A stretch of DNA of 64,000 nucleotides from Girardia tigrina (lineage: Eukaryota). This document shows positions 1-11,010 of the stretch, in pieces. Under the pieces are notes generated by a model, which was not told where the DNA came from, did not search any database, and was given only the letters and a program-made list of their open reading frames with translations. Both the position numbers and the translations under genes were made by a program. Numbering within the stretch: position 1 is the stretch's first letter; the number at the start of each line of letters is the position of its first letter. Where the stretch lies: contig MQRK01250790.1 of NCBI GenBank assembly GCA_001938485.1, forward strand, positions 1 through 64,000, read 5' to 3'.

Positions 1-234
1 AAACTTTGAACTTTGGATGTGACAGAGACTACTTTAGCACTACTTATTGTTCTACAAATACTCTTCTTAAACGCTCTAAATCCTTCAGAATATGGAATTT
101 TAATGATTTGTCTGTATTCGTCAGTTAAAAGAAGAAAATACTGAAGAATACAACATCGAAACATGTCCGATAATTATATCAAAAAAGCTTTAATCAAATT
201 ATATTTTCGAAATACATATATATATATATGTGTG

Positions 235-540
235 TGTTATGCCGAATTCACTAACTATATGAAAAAAATTTCATTTTCATATGAAAATTTCTCAATTTAA
301 AATGAAAATTCTGTATTTAATATTAGAAAATTCCAATTTAATATGACATTTTCTCATATTAAATTAATAATTTTTCATATTAAATACAGAATTTTCATAA
401 TAAATTTTTATTTTTGCATAATAAATTGAAATTTTTCGATTTAATGTGAAAAAAATCTCAATTTATTATGCAAAATTGACTCAGAATGTAAAATTTTTAT
501 TCACGTCTTCCTTGATGGCAAATTGAATTGCGAACGGGTA
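235..540. repeat. Partial copy of the TIR-element family also at 51033-51561
   Basis: Starts TGTTATGCCGAATTC, matching the inner TIR end near 51493-51505. The block AAAATTGACTCAGAATGTAAAATTTT...TTGAATTGCGAACG resembles the reverse complement of about 51235-51315. Confidence 0.55.
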
Positions 541-545
541 CACTA

Positions 546-1116
546 CCGCACGGGCCCGAGCAAATATAACAGTATGACAATATGTAAAAAATTATCGGCA
601 TTCCGGGATTAATAATTTTTTTTAATTTTAAAAAATTTATTTAAATTGTTTTTAAGTAACCCAATCTTAATGAAAAATGTTAGGTCACTGGCTTCTCCAA
701 CTTATATTCTGTATGTTTGTAAATTAAACTTGTTTTTTGTTTCATTATTTAAAATTATTTAATATTTTTTCTCATTTTTGCATAGAAAAATTCACTGAAA
801 ATAATTTAAAAAAAACAGAAAATCCAAAGAAAATATTCAATTTAAATATAAAATATATTGAGCACACATAAAAAATATGACACAAATTATTAAACATTTA
901 AATCGTTGTACAAATATTTCCTAAATTAAGTCGAATAATTTCTACAATAAGTTAGTAAAGCCAGTGATTACATAATCAATAATTATATTTCCCTTTCAGA
1001 TTTTGTGACTTAAAAAACATTTCATATAATTTTGTAAAATTATATAAAATTATTATTCCTGAATGCCGATATTTTTTATATATTGTCATACTTTTATATC
1101 TGCTCGGCCCGCACGG
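546..1116. mobile_element. Fold-back/MITE-like element with long (about 150 bp) imperfect terminal inverted repeats
   Basis: Left end CCGCACGGGCCCGAGCAAATATAACAGTATGACAATATG...; reverse complement of right end CCGTGCGGGCCGAGCAGATATAAAAGTATGACAATATA.... Similarity continues to the CACTGGCTT motif. Non-coding AT-rich core; TSD not clear. Confidence 0.75.
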
Positions 1117-1325
1117 AAATACAGCAAATAAATAATTAAATAAATAATAAAATAATAAATAGATAATAATAAAAATAAATAAAATTAAAAATAATAATAA
1201 ATAAATAAAAATAATTAAATAAATTAAAAATAATAATAATGAAATAAAGCGCAAAGATAGTCAAATCACAGAGTCCAGTGGCGCCCGCACGCCCCTATCC
1301 CAATCCCAATTTCCCCAGTGCTCAC

Positions 1326-1507
1326 CTGTGCTTACGTCTCCCTCAGTCGCCTGCTTGTAGAGCGCGTACAGTCGCAGCAGCTCATCGTCACTCGGCGTCT
1401 CCTTGAGCGATTTGACTCTGCGCGCGTGCTCCTGGAAGTCCTGCACACAATCGTCAATGTCGCCTCTCGCCCTCACTGCTCCCTTGTCTCACCTCTTCTG
1501 TCGCCAT
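1326..1507 (-). CDS. ACBP: Acyl-CoA-binding protein (ACBP/DBI family), exons 1-2; 3' exons not found in the window
   Basis: Exon 1 1507-1493 (MATEE), 52-nt GT-AG intron 1492-1441, exon 2 1440-1326 (DFQEHARRVKSLKETPSDDELLRLYALYKQATEGDVST) ending at a phase-1 GTGAG donor. LYxLYKQATxGD is the ACBP signature, and the short first exon matches the usual DBI layout. Confidence 0.92.
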
Positions 1508-1737
1508 AGTTGTACTGACGTCTCTGTGCACTTATTCGAATAATTCGCTCACTCGGCAAACGACCCGGTTAAACAAAACCACAATCACTCATTCGTTCGT
1601 CATTCCGCTTCTCGATTCATTTGAACCATTTCCGATTTTATCTTTCATTCGATTATTTTTCTCACACATTTTTATTGCTTCACACTTTTATCTCAACTTC
1701 ATCCGCCTGTTTTTTCTGGTGCAAATCTTGAAATAGA

Positions 1738-1852
1738 TTTTTCAACCACTTCTCGATGCTCAATTAAGCCGAAACTTTGCATACTTGCTCATTTCCGATG
1801 ACAATGCGTGAATCAATTAACAGATCTTTTTACTGCTCGTATAAAAATGTCT
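1738..1852 (+). repeat. Dispersed repeat; uninterrupted (empty-site) copy of the repeat at about 8670-9065
   Basis: TTTTCAACCACTTCTCGATGCTCAATTAAGCCGAAACTTTGCATACTTGCTCATTTCCGATGACAATGCGTGAATCAATTAACAGATCTTTT aligns with 8670-8751 joined to 9033-9065. Confidence 0.8.
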
Positions 1853-1872
1853 TTTTTCTAAAAATAATTCTT

Positions 1873-1875
<3 letters not shown>

Positions 1876-1908
<33 letters not shown>
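1876..1908. repeat. (TA)n microsatellite; others at about 13344-13378, 17731-17842, 26564-26596 and 47990-48100, several abutting N gaps
   Basis: Visible directly in the sequence. Confidence 0.95.
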
Positions 1909-1911
<3 letters not shown>

Positions 1912-2418
1912 AGAATTAATTAACACCATCTTAGAACAAACGAATTATTCGAAATCATATTTACATCATTTATTTTTTCTTGTCTAGCCAACGTTAGATT
2001 GATAATATTCGAATTAATATTTGATAAAGACCTTTTTCAAAAAATCTTTTTCACAGAACATCTTTCGATCCGCATTGGTCATCATCAGCTATTAATTATT
2101 GTTTGATAGTGTTTAATTTGATTTATGAAATAGTAACCAAAATAAAATTTTGGATTGATTATTTTTTCACAAAAAATGAATTAATTACAAATATTTAATA
2201 TTTTGCGGCCATGCTCTTCCATTTTGGATGTTAATCAATGGGTTATAGTCTCTAATTAACAAAGACTCACAATATAACCTCACATAATAAAAAACTCATC
2301 TTTTGAAATGGGAGGGGTTCTATCCTTGCAACAATCACAATGATCCAAAACCTTACTCCATCGACTCGGCTGTGAATGTTCTCTAATCCGTGTTTTGAGA
2401 TGACGATTTGTCTCTCCA

Positions 2419-2910
2419 ATGTACGAGTTTCCACATCCGAGTCAGCCTCTCAACACCATCACTGCGCACATGGCTTGGGTTGATGGAAATCCGTATGAAA
2501 TCCATCAGAAGTCAAAACTCGCACTTCCACCACCTCACAGCCGCCCTCGCACTGGAATAGTTGCGCACATTACACAAACAACTGCCGGAAGTCATGGCAC
2601 ACGCCCAGTCATATGAAAAACTGCGCCAGGTAATGAGAAGCGCGCACACCCCATCATTCAAGGATCCTTTTGAGCAATATTTCAGGGTACAATTGATGGG
2701 AAGTCTAACACCCACGCAATTCCTACTGAGGATCACATCTGATCTCAAGTGCTATAATTGATAATGACGAAGAACAACATACACTACGAATATTTTTTGC
2801 AGACACTTCCGCTCACACATCGGGCTATTTTAATTGCGTCTGACGACCTGCAACTGAATGAACTAAAAAAAACAGTGGACAGAATTACGAACGCAGTAGA
2901 ATGTAACACG
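2419..2910 (+). pseudogene. Degenerate Ty3/Gypsy gag (DUF7041-like) remnant
   Basis: Broken frames SYEKLRQVMRSAHTPSFKDPFEQYFRVQLMGSLTPTQFL and FLQTLPLTHRAILIASDDLQLNELKKTVDRI resemble the YxxLK...LGDxxPSxLL and FLQxLPxxVRxIL...LxxLAxxADxI patterns of this gag class. Stops and frameshifts present. Confidence 0.6.
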
Positions 2911-4090
2911 AATCATCATTATTCCATTGTGCCGAAAGCCGCAGGTGATCATCAAACGAGGAGCCCGAGCGCTCTAAGGAGCGCACATATCATCGAACTG
3001 GTGCTCTAGTCGAACAGATAGCTAAAATCCAGTTGAGTTTGACCACGATCAGTCACAACCATGAAGACTTTCAAGTCAACACCACGCCACCCAGCAATGA
3101 TGTGCTTTGGCCGATCACAGAGTCACACAGGAAGGGCCCTGGCTGCCCGACAACGTGAATGGACACCGAATCCTCCATCCGCTCATTCATGAAGGCTGCC
3201 ACGTTGTGTTAATTTCATTGTCGATTAGGCAAGGCAGTAAAGAAGTCTAAACTGGGATACACATTTGCATACGACAAACTAGGGCTACAGGTGACCGACG
3301 TATGCATCTGGAAGGTACAATTCGAGATGAAACCAAGGATTGCACCTTCAATTGCGTTCACTATGAACAAAAAACTAGTCCCATCCTTCATAACCGCAGC
3401 AAATGAGGCAAGTAGAGTTAACTGTTGCCGCATCGCAAAACAGGGGTTCCATATGGGTGTCCAAAACCACATCAATCATAAAACTAAGTACAACTACGTC
3501 AACCGCAATTCCAACTACAACTAAATCAACACCGACTACAACCATAGCACCAAATAAAACTTCATCAACAGCACCATCACCGATAACATTAACCCTTAGA
3601 GGATCCCTGGGGTCAGCGTATAACCCCCAGGGATATTTTAAATGGATATTGCCCAGAAATGGAATATTGCTCGGCTCTGGTTTTCTGTGACATTTTTGTG
3701 ACATAAAGAAGAAGATAAATATGGCTGATAATGCCGAAATTATTTTATTTGTATGATGAGAGAGTTATTTTTATAATAATATCGCACTTAAGTTCCATGG
3801 GATCACACCCTGACCCCTGGTTATAATTTAATGCATTATAAACATATCTATCTAATAAGACGATGATTCATTCATGCAAATATTTACAGTAATTTATTAA
3901 AGAAACTGCAAAAAGGCCCTGCTTATCTTCAATCAGGATTATGTAATCAAGTCACCAAGCATTACTCATCTTCAGGACTCTGGTATTTTAATCGTTCAAA
4001 ATTTGAGCCCTGTTCGAAATACGGCTATCTTATCTTATTCGCAATTTGTAACTTTCATTTACTTACATTGTATTTTATTTATTTCAGTCA

Positions 4091-6880
4091 ATGAATCGGA
4101 TTAAAAGGCAAGCTGCGATCACTGCCACCCATAAGCTCTATGTTGAAGAGCTGTATAAAGATGACGATGAAGATTCCATTGAGGATGAGAGTAGCGAAAG
4201 TGAGGAAGACACGAATCTTCCAGAAAATGAGATTCATGAAGTTGTAAATGGTGCTGAAAGTGAGAGTGATGCTGCCCAAAGTGGAGATAGCAGTGATGAA
4301 ACTTCCAAACCTGAACAAACACTAGTCAGCAGAAATAGAGAGGTGTGGAGTAGAGAGCCACCGAATGTTCGACAGACAATGACTCATAACATTATGCATG
4401 TAAAATATGGGCCAACTGCTGAAGCCAAAAGAAAGATTACTGGCACATCAGACGCATTCGGTTTGTTTGTAACAAAAGAAATGATTGAAGCTATTGTCAA
4501 ACATACGAAAACAGATGGTCTGAAAACGAGGAATAATTGGAATTTGACAACCTATTATGAAATATAAACATTTATTGGTCTATCCATTTTGGCTGGAGTA
4601 TTTTACTCCAATTATGAGTCACTTCTGAGCCTTTGGAGAACTGAAATGGGCCACCCAATTTTTCCTAAAACTATGTCGTTGAAAAGATTCAAGCAACTCA
4701 ATGCAATGTTGCGATTAGATGACAAGGATATCAGGAGTTTTCGTCGCCGAATGACAAATTTGCACCCATAAGAGATGTTTTTACAGCTGCCAAAATATTT
4801 TAATCCCTCTCATTCTGCAACAGTTGATGAGGAAATGGTTTCTTTTAGAGGGCGATGTGTTTTCAATGCCAATGAGGCCTTCGAAATATGGCCTAAAATT
4901 TTTTGCAAAGTGTTGTAATGACACAAGCTTCGTGTGTGGAAGGAAACCTTATTTGGGTAAGGAAGGAAATGAAGTAGCAACAAATCTTGCTAAAAAGATT
5001 TTTTTTCGAAGACCTCATAGCACCTCTGACAAATTCAGGAAGAAATCTCACCACAGATAATTTCTACACAAACTTAACTCTAGCGAGGGACTTGAAAAGA
5101 AAAGGCATCAGCTTTGTGGGCACTATTAGAAAGCACAAGCGAGAGATCCCTCCAGCTGCTTTGGAAGTCAAGGAAAGAGGTATTGGCTCGAATAATTTTT
5201 TCTACAAACCAGAAGCAACATTGGTATCCTTTATGCCACAAAAGAATAAGGTAAACATTAAATTACTTTATTTGTAATCCAATCATTCCGTAAATGGAAT
5301 TGTAAATCATAATTTGCATTAGGTTGTCTTACTGCTCAGTAACCAGCATGTTGGACAAGGAAAAATCGATGACACTACAAAAAAACCTGATATAGTCCGT
5401 TACTACAACGATACGAAGGGTGCTGTGGACACCATGGACCAATTGGCTTCTACTTACACAGTAAGGAGAAAAACAAGACGATGACAAATGTGTATGTTTG
5501 GCAACATATTGGACTTAGCAGGTATAAAGAAAATACATTTCTTAAAGTTAGTATCAGATATATGTTTTCATTTGTCTTCTTGCTACATGACCTCTGGAGC
5601 GGAGAATTGCCAATTTTGACCGAACATTTTTGCCAGTTTCAAAAATTAAAATAATTAAATAAATTAATTAAAATTAGTAAATTAAATAAATGAATAAATT
5701 ATTACTAAATATAAAGTAATTAAAATGATTAAATAAAAATAATAGATTAAATTAAATAAAAATTAATAAATAAAATAAATAATTTATATACATAATTAAA
5801 TAATTAATAGTTCTAATGAGAGTGAAATAATGTTGCCGAGTAAAAGGAGGCAATATTCTATCAGCCAATTTAACTGCAGTGACAAGTAATTAAATTGTGA
5901 GCCTCATTTTATTTTTATAAATGGATTTCTCTGCTACTGTGTATGCATGCGTGTTGTATGAATGTCTGAATGGTGTGTGTATAATCAATAAAGGTGAATG
6001 TGTGTTTCTAAAGAAAGGAAAATGTAAGTAAATGATTGGTGAATGTCTGTTTGTTGTGTGTGTGTGTGTGAGGAGTTTTTTATTGTGAATTGTTCTCACA
6101 ATTAAAAAAGTTTTCAATTTAAAAAAAAAGTGTCGTAAAAATTAAAATGGTCACTTTGTTCTTACTCTATTCAAATTCTTACTATTCTAATTCTTACTCT
6201 ATTCAGTATCAATGACGATGATTTTGAAAACAGTAATTATCGTAAACAAAATAATCTACCAAATATCGATATTATTGCCTGTTGTGAAGATACTGAGAAT
6301 GTAAAAGATTCTGATGACACAAATAATTCTGTAAATATCGATATGTTACCTTGTTCTGAAGATTCTGAGAATACAAAAGTTTCTAGTGACCAAAATAATT
6401 CCGTAAAAATCGATTTAACAATTTCTAGCGATACTAAGACTGTATGTGTTAGTGAAGACTCTTGTGAATTTGAATTGCGTAAACGAGATGGGATTCCGCT
6501 GAATATTTTGGTGAATAAAATAAAAAACAATTCTCTTCCTAAAATATAGTGGAGACACGGCTTCCTGTCCAACCTCTATGAATCAATGGTTATGTTCTCT
6601 TTCTCCAACTCCATCCAATGTGGAACAACGCATATATCACAAAAGGCGTTTATTTTTGCAGGAGCTGGGAATGGAATTAATTCTCGAACATTCTGATGGA
6701 AATGTAGTAAATCAGTCGAATTTTCCTCTTGCTATTAACGCTGCAATAGACGTGAGAAAAAGAGGCCGATGCAAATCTTTTTCTCGTGCCTCAGAAACAA
6801 AGGCAACTATTCGATGTGAACAATGCACATATTTTTATTTGCCGTCAACACATTTTTGCAAAAACTTTGCAGTTGAATGA
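4091..6880 (+). pseudogene. piggyBac transposase pseudogene (DDD core plus C-terminal Cys-rich domain)
   Basis: Acidic N-terminus; TVDEEMVSFRGRC, RPSKYGLKFF, RNLTTDNFYT, GTIRKHKREIP, YYNDTKGAVDTMDQ, then RRLFLQEL and RGRCKS...RCEQC. Premature stops (4565, about 5482), frameshifts, a 72-nt intron at 5251-5322 and a roughly 1-kb insertion. Confidence 0.92.
6262..6445 (+). repeat. 72-bp tandem repeat (about 2.5 units) within the insertion inside the piggyBac
   Basis: AA(T/A)ATCGAT recurs at 6262, 6334 and 6406; reads NIDIIACCEDTENVKDSDDTNNSV / NIDMLPCSEDSENTKVSSDQNNSV / KIDLTISSDTK. Confidence 0.75.
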
Positions 6881-7601
6881 CGCTTATTTATTTCAGTCTA
6901 TTTTTTACATGTAATGTATATTCATATGAACGGTACTTTGATTATAGCTATATTAGGTGAATTGTATATGGTACGCATTGTGTTGTCAATAGAGTCTACT
7001 TATTCCAGTTTTTCTTTTACTTACAATTAATGGAAAGTAGTACACTGGTGCAATTCAAATATAGTTGTCCTAGTCTGTTACAAAATCGTGGGAAAATACA
7101 GTGGGGTCAGCATGTGACCCCAAGGGTCCCAAACGTAACTTTTTTTCGGAACTTCTAAGGGTTAATGACTGTAACAGCTACAATACTGCTATCATCAATA
7201 AAAGCACCGACGCCATCAACAACAACAACGCTAACTCTGCTGATAACATTAATTTGCAGTAGCTATCACAGAATCCATGACAATATCAACAACATCAACG
7301 ACATTAACAGTCGTGAAAACAATAATGGCATCAGCGACTACCACAACATCAATGAACACGCCATTATCATTTTGAACAGCAGATTCAGAAATGAGCCAGA
7401 GCAAGAAAAAGAAAGACTAACCACCGACAAGGGCTGCTTGACATCACAGGGACTCCAGCACCCGTCCAGTCCCCTCTCGTACCAATACCACCGAACCACT
7501 CTCGTTACACCAACGCATCACCACAGCCACACCGAACACCCCACAAAACAAGACCCTTATCTACAGAACAATATTAAGAACGCGTCACACATCATGCAAT
7601 A

Positions 7602-7797
7602 TCGTGTTTCTCGAAATATAAGACACTGTATTATATTAATTTTGATGGCAAAATTACCAGTAGGTCTTATACTATGAAAATATGCTTATACTAGCATAAA
7701 TTTGAAATTTTTGAGTTTTGAAATTTTTAGAAATTAGAGTCTTTAAATTTTGAAATAGGTCTTATGCGGGTGATATCTTATTTTTGGAGAAACACGG
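7602..7797. mobile_element. pogo/Tc2-type MITE, copy 1
   Basis: TA flanks; TIR TCGTGTTTCTCGAAATATAAGAC...TCTTATTTTTGGAGAAACACGG; related copy at 33757-33920. Confidence 0.8.
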
Positions 7798-8050
7798 TAA
7801 CACGTTTAGCACAGTCAGACAATCCTCAAACACTAACTTGCTCTATTCTCCGCATTCTTAGACGAGGCTGGTGTTGTACTTTAGAAATATCCATTGTTAA
7901 AAAAACTATAAAAAATAAATGTAGTTGTTTAAATACATGTAAACAAATTGGTTGCACAAATTTGAATGGAATAAACATTAACAGTACGTTTGTTGTATTT
8001 TTGTTTGTGATGTATTTCAATAAAACGATACTCATTGTTGAATATTTTAC

Positions 8051-8660
8051 CGCGAATTCACTCTTGACGGAATACAATCGGCGGTCCGAACCGCTTCCGT
8101 CACCGAGCACGAGTTCTTTGCCATCGTTCTTTTGACAAACGGTGTCGGTACAGGTCTGACACACCGGCACTTTCTTGACCCCGGCATAATGTACTCTCAG
8201 TATATTTCCCGATGAAAACCGGGAAGCCCCCGAGGCTCTGGGCTTCCATTCAATGTTGGCCAAGACATCTATCGTTATACCGAGACCGAGAACGAATCCA
8301 TCAGACCTCCGGCTGTTATCTCCTGGAGCAGAAGTGCAGACACTTCGCGTATCACGGTCAAGATGCTTAGATCGCCGGGAGCGAGCGTGAAGATTATCTG
8401 GAGTCGACGAGACTCTGCACAACTAAGTAATTTGACATGCGGCCGACTGAACCACAGCGGGTGGGAGTGTCACCAATCTAAACCACATACAATCAACAAA
8501 CTCACATAGCTAAATGGATTTTTCTAAGTATGATATGGTATATTCTATCGTCCAGGAAAGTAAAATACCGAAAGTACCTGCATAAAAATTGATCTGAGGT
8601 TTGTTGGAAGACCTCGATATACACCTGTCTTCACCTGTCTGTTTGTCTGATACAAATCTT
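8051..8660 (-). CDS. Candidate spliced gene fragment of unknown product, with very short introns
   Basis: GC-rich island. Phase-consistent GT-AG introns 8624-8578 (47 nt), 8505-8478 (28), 8447-8423 (25) and 8306-8269 (38) give FVSDKQTGEDRYFRYFTFLDDRIYHIILRKIHLAILVTLPPAVVHCAESRRLQIIFTLAPGDLSILTVIREVSALLLQEITAGDVLANIEWKPR...VPVCQTCTDTVCQK.... No family recognised; two donors are weak. Confidence 0.4.
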
Positions 8661-8751
8661 GTAATTAATTTTTCAATTACTTCTCGATGCTTAATTAAGC
8701 TGAAACTTTGCATACTTGCTCAATTCCGATGACAATACATGAATCACTTAA

Positions 8752-9028
8752 CCTTCACTCTGTGCATTGAAAATTTTCCGGCGTCTGTGCATAGGGGTCA
8801 ATCGTACCCCATATACATTTTGATATATTTTGTAAGGAAAACTAACAAAATTTTAGTTTTTATTTAAATTTTTATTAATTATAATAACTTATTAATAACA
8901 TCTAAAACGTCTAAAAGATATTAGTTGAGGCAATCCGAGTTGGCAGTTTAATTTACTTGGCTCAATTTTTTTTAAATCGCTTTTTAAATAGACTGGGGTC
9001 CATTTGACCCCAATGCACAGAGTGAAGG
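8752..9028. mobile_element. Non-autonomous piggyBac-type MITE, 277 bp
   Basis: TTAA TSDs at 8748-8751 and 9029-9032; perfect 18-bp TIR CCTTCACTCTGTGCATTG; subterminal TCTGTGCAT(A/T)GGGGTCAA..G.ACCCC repeat offset on one end only. Confidence 0.93.
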
Positions 9029-9094
9029 TTAACAGATTTTTTTAGACTACATATAAAAGTGTCATTCTCTTGTTTAATATCTTCTTGACCAGTA

Positions 9095-9267
9095 AAATGA
9101 TAAGATTCGAAATTAGAGTATATGGCAAATGGAACCCTATTTTTATAATGAAAATTATTAAATTTATAATATTTTTTAGAAGGAAATACAGATTTTGTCG
9201 GCTCATTTTCTTGACAGTTATCCAAGTGTTTATTATAAGAGTTTTCTAATCTAAAAATATTTGACAA
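9095..9267 (-). pseudogene. Fragment resembling the Polinton/Maverick (adintovirus-type) protein-primed DNA polymerase B N-terminal region
   Basis: NKHLDNCQENEPTKSVFPSKKYYKFNNFHYKNRVPFAIYSNFES resembles the HxxxC...P...KFKN...VPFVIYADFES pattern at the start of the pPolB exonuclease domain. Confidence 0.6.
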
Positions 9268-9275
9268 TTCATACG

Positions 9276-10360
9276 TTTGAGGAATATTTTAAATTTAGTA
9301 TGTTGAAATTGGTTTCTTGAATTTTGTATGTTGAGTTTAGTATTTGGAAATGTGTTTCTCCCACCCAGATGGAAAATTGATATTTTAGATGTTCACGATA
9401 AATAATTATTCGAGTATAATTTGCATTTTAAAGTACAGCATAAGATATTTTAAAAACTTTAAAAATATTAAATCGTTTCAAATTTTCATATTAAAAATTT
9501 AAATAAGTTAAATAAGTTATTAAAATATATTAAAAATTTAAAAATTAAAAAAATTAAATTTTAATATTAAAAAATTATATTAAAAATTTAACTTTAACTA
9601 AATTTTAAATTAAATAAATTTTCTTTCTTTACATAAATTCATTTTTTAAATAAAATTAATATGTAGATAAAATTATTAGTAAAATTACAAAATTTGAACT
9701 TTAAAAATAAAATCTGAAAATAATGAAAATACTGTTCGAAAAATTGTTTATTAAAAACATTAACTAAAATTCATGAATTAAGAACGATGTCGAATGACGA
9801 GAGTTTCGCTGAGAGTTGTCCAAAAGACAATTCTAATTGTATTGAAAATAAGAGTTCGAAAAGTCATGTTGGTGTTCTTAATATGGCGACACATGACCAC
9901 GTGAATCCGAATATTAGAGGTCCGGAAATTTTTGATGGATCAGAAACAAAAGTTGAGGCATTCATAACGAGCTTTAACAGGTATGCGAAGATAATGGGAC
10001 TTTCAGAGGAGAGGAAAATCTTATTAGCAACACCACATATGACTCCAGATGTCATAATAAAATAGGAAGCAGTGGCAGGTGAAACATGTGAAGAGAAACT
10101 AAGATCCGCATTATCAAAGGAAAAGTCTATCTTTGATCTAATGAAGGAACTGGTAGAAATGAGAATTGGATCCAGCGATCCAACAGTAATATTTAGAAAT
10201 ATTTAGAAATATTTTAGAAATATTTAGTAATATTTATGAAATCAGTGAAAAGTTAATTGAGAGAAAGTTGGATAAAAAAGAACTATCAAATTTGGTCTAC
10301 GCTAATCTGATAGATGACGAGAACGTGTAGAAAGAAATAGCTGTCAGAGGTGTGAAGAAA
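9276..10360 (+). mobile_element. 5' end of a Gypsy-like LTR retrotransposon: LTR 9276-9883, PBS-like TGGCGAC at 9884, disrupted gag
   Basis: The LTR matches the solo LTR at 44651-45185 up to ...GGTGTTCTTAATA. Then MATHDHVNPNIRGPEIFDGSETKVEAFITSFNRYAKIMGLSEERKILL (PxxFDG gag pattern), a stop at 10063, and a 10-bp AATATTTAGA microrepeat at about 10188-10235. Confidence 0.8.
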
Positions 10361-10639
10361 TCTGAAGTCCATTCCCATTTCGGCATTTACCCCAAAAAAT
10401 ACAAAAAATTAATGGAGAATTAATGGAAATGTTTGATTATATTGTATACATAAAAGAAATGAATATTGAACATAAACGATATTAAATACTATTTGCCTTA
10501 TTAGGGTCCCAAGGTTTTAAATATAATCCATTACCTCAATAATTGCATTTTAATTTTGAATTTAATCTTTTATTCCAATCTAACATTATTTTTTTTTATC
10601 TTTTTTATCCATTTCTGATTTAAATCACTAAAAGACTGA

Positions 10640-11010
10640 CTGAGGGGCTAAACTGCTAATTGGTTTCCATCTGATGCATCTGAGAGTACCAAATCTGGTA
10701 GACTAAAACCTCCGCCATGCGGGCTGATTTTAAAATGGGTTAATATTGCTTGGTATACTCCTTCAAAAGAACTTATAATAAAATTTGTTTATTCATGTTT
10801 CTTAGGTAAAGGAATGAGCTTGCTCATTGCCAAAGATACATGATTAGGTGTCAAATTTAGAACAAAATACTATGTGAGTATAAATCATCAAGTTATTGAT
10901 GGGGAGGAATATTCAGAATCTAGCTATTCAGAATTGATGAATTAATTAGATTTTCTACAAATCTTTTTGATTTTTAAAACTTCCTAATAATCACCCATGT
11001 ACTTGCTTTT
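10640..11010 (-). pseudogene. Possible degenerate L1/Tx1-like ORF2 fragment
   Basis: KYMGD (about 10990-11005) and SPHGGGFSLPDL (about 10690-10725) resemble the KYLG and GGLxLPD motifs; many stops. Confidence 0.35.

Larger units (their letters stand above)
3593..7161 (+). mobile_element. piggyBac-family DNA transposon, both ends present, inactivated
   Basis: TTAA TSDs at 3589-3592 and 7162-7165; terminal IR CCCTTAGA...TCTAAGGG; asymmetrically spaced subterminal GGGGTCA...ACCCC motifs; transposase remnants inside. Confidence 0.95.
3403..7600 (+). pseudogene. Thr/Ser/Pro-rich frame split by the piggyBac (3403-3592 joined to 7166-about 7600); probably a retroelement tail
   Basis: Removing 3593-7165 gives CCG ATA ACA TTA ATG ACT GTA, so ...STAPSPITL|MTVTATILLSSIKAPTPSTTTT... 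reads in one frame. Confidence 0.5.

Noticed and set aside
976-1254. 92-aa hydrophobic F/I/L/Y ORF resembling a membrane protein
   Set aside because: Translation of low-complexity AT-rich DNA overlapping a MITE end.
4091-6880. In-frame stops in transposases as a sign of stop-codon reassignment
   Set aside because: Host genes translate cleanly with the standard code and end in TAA or TGA; the stops co-occur with frameshifts, indicating decay.
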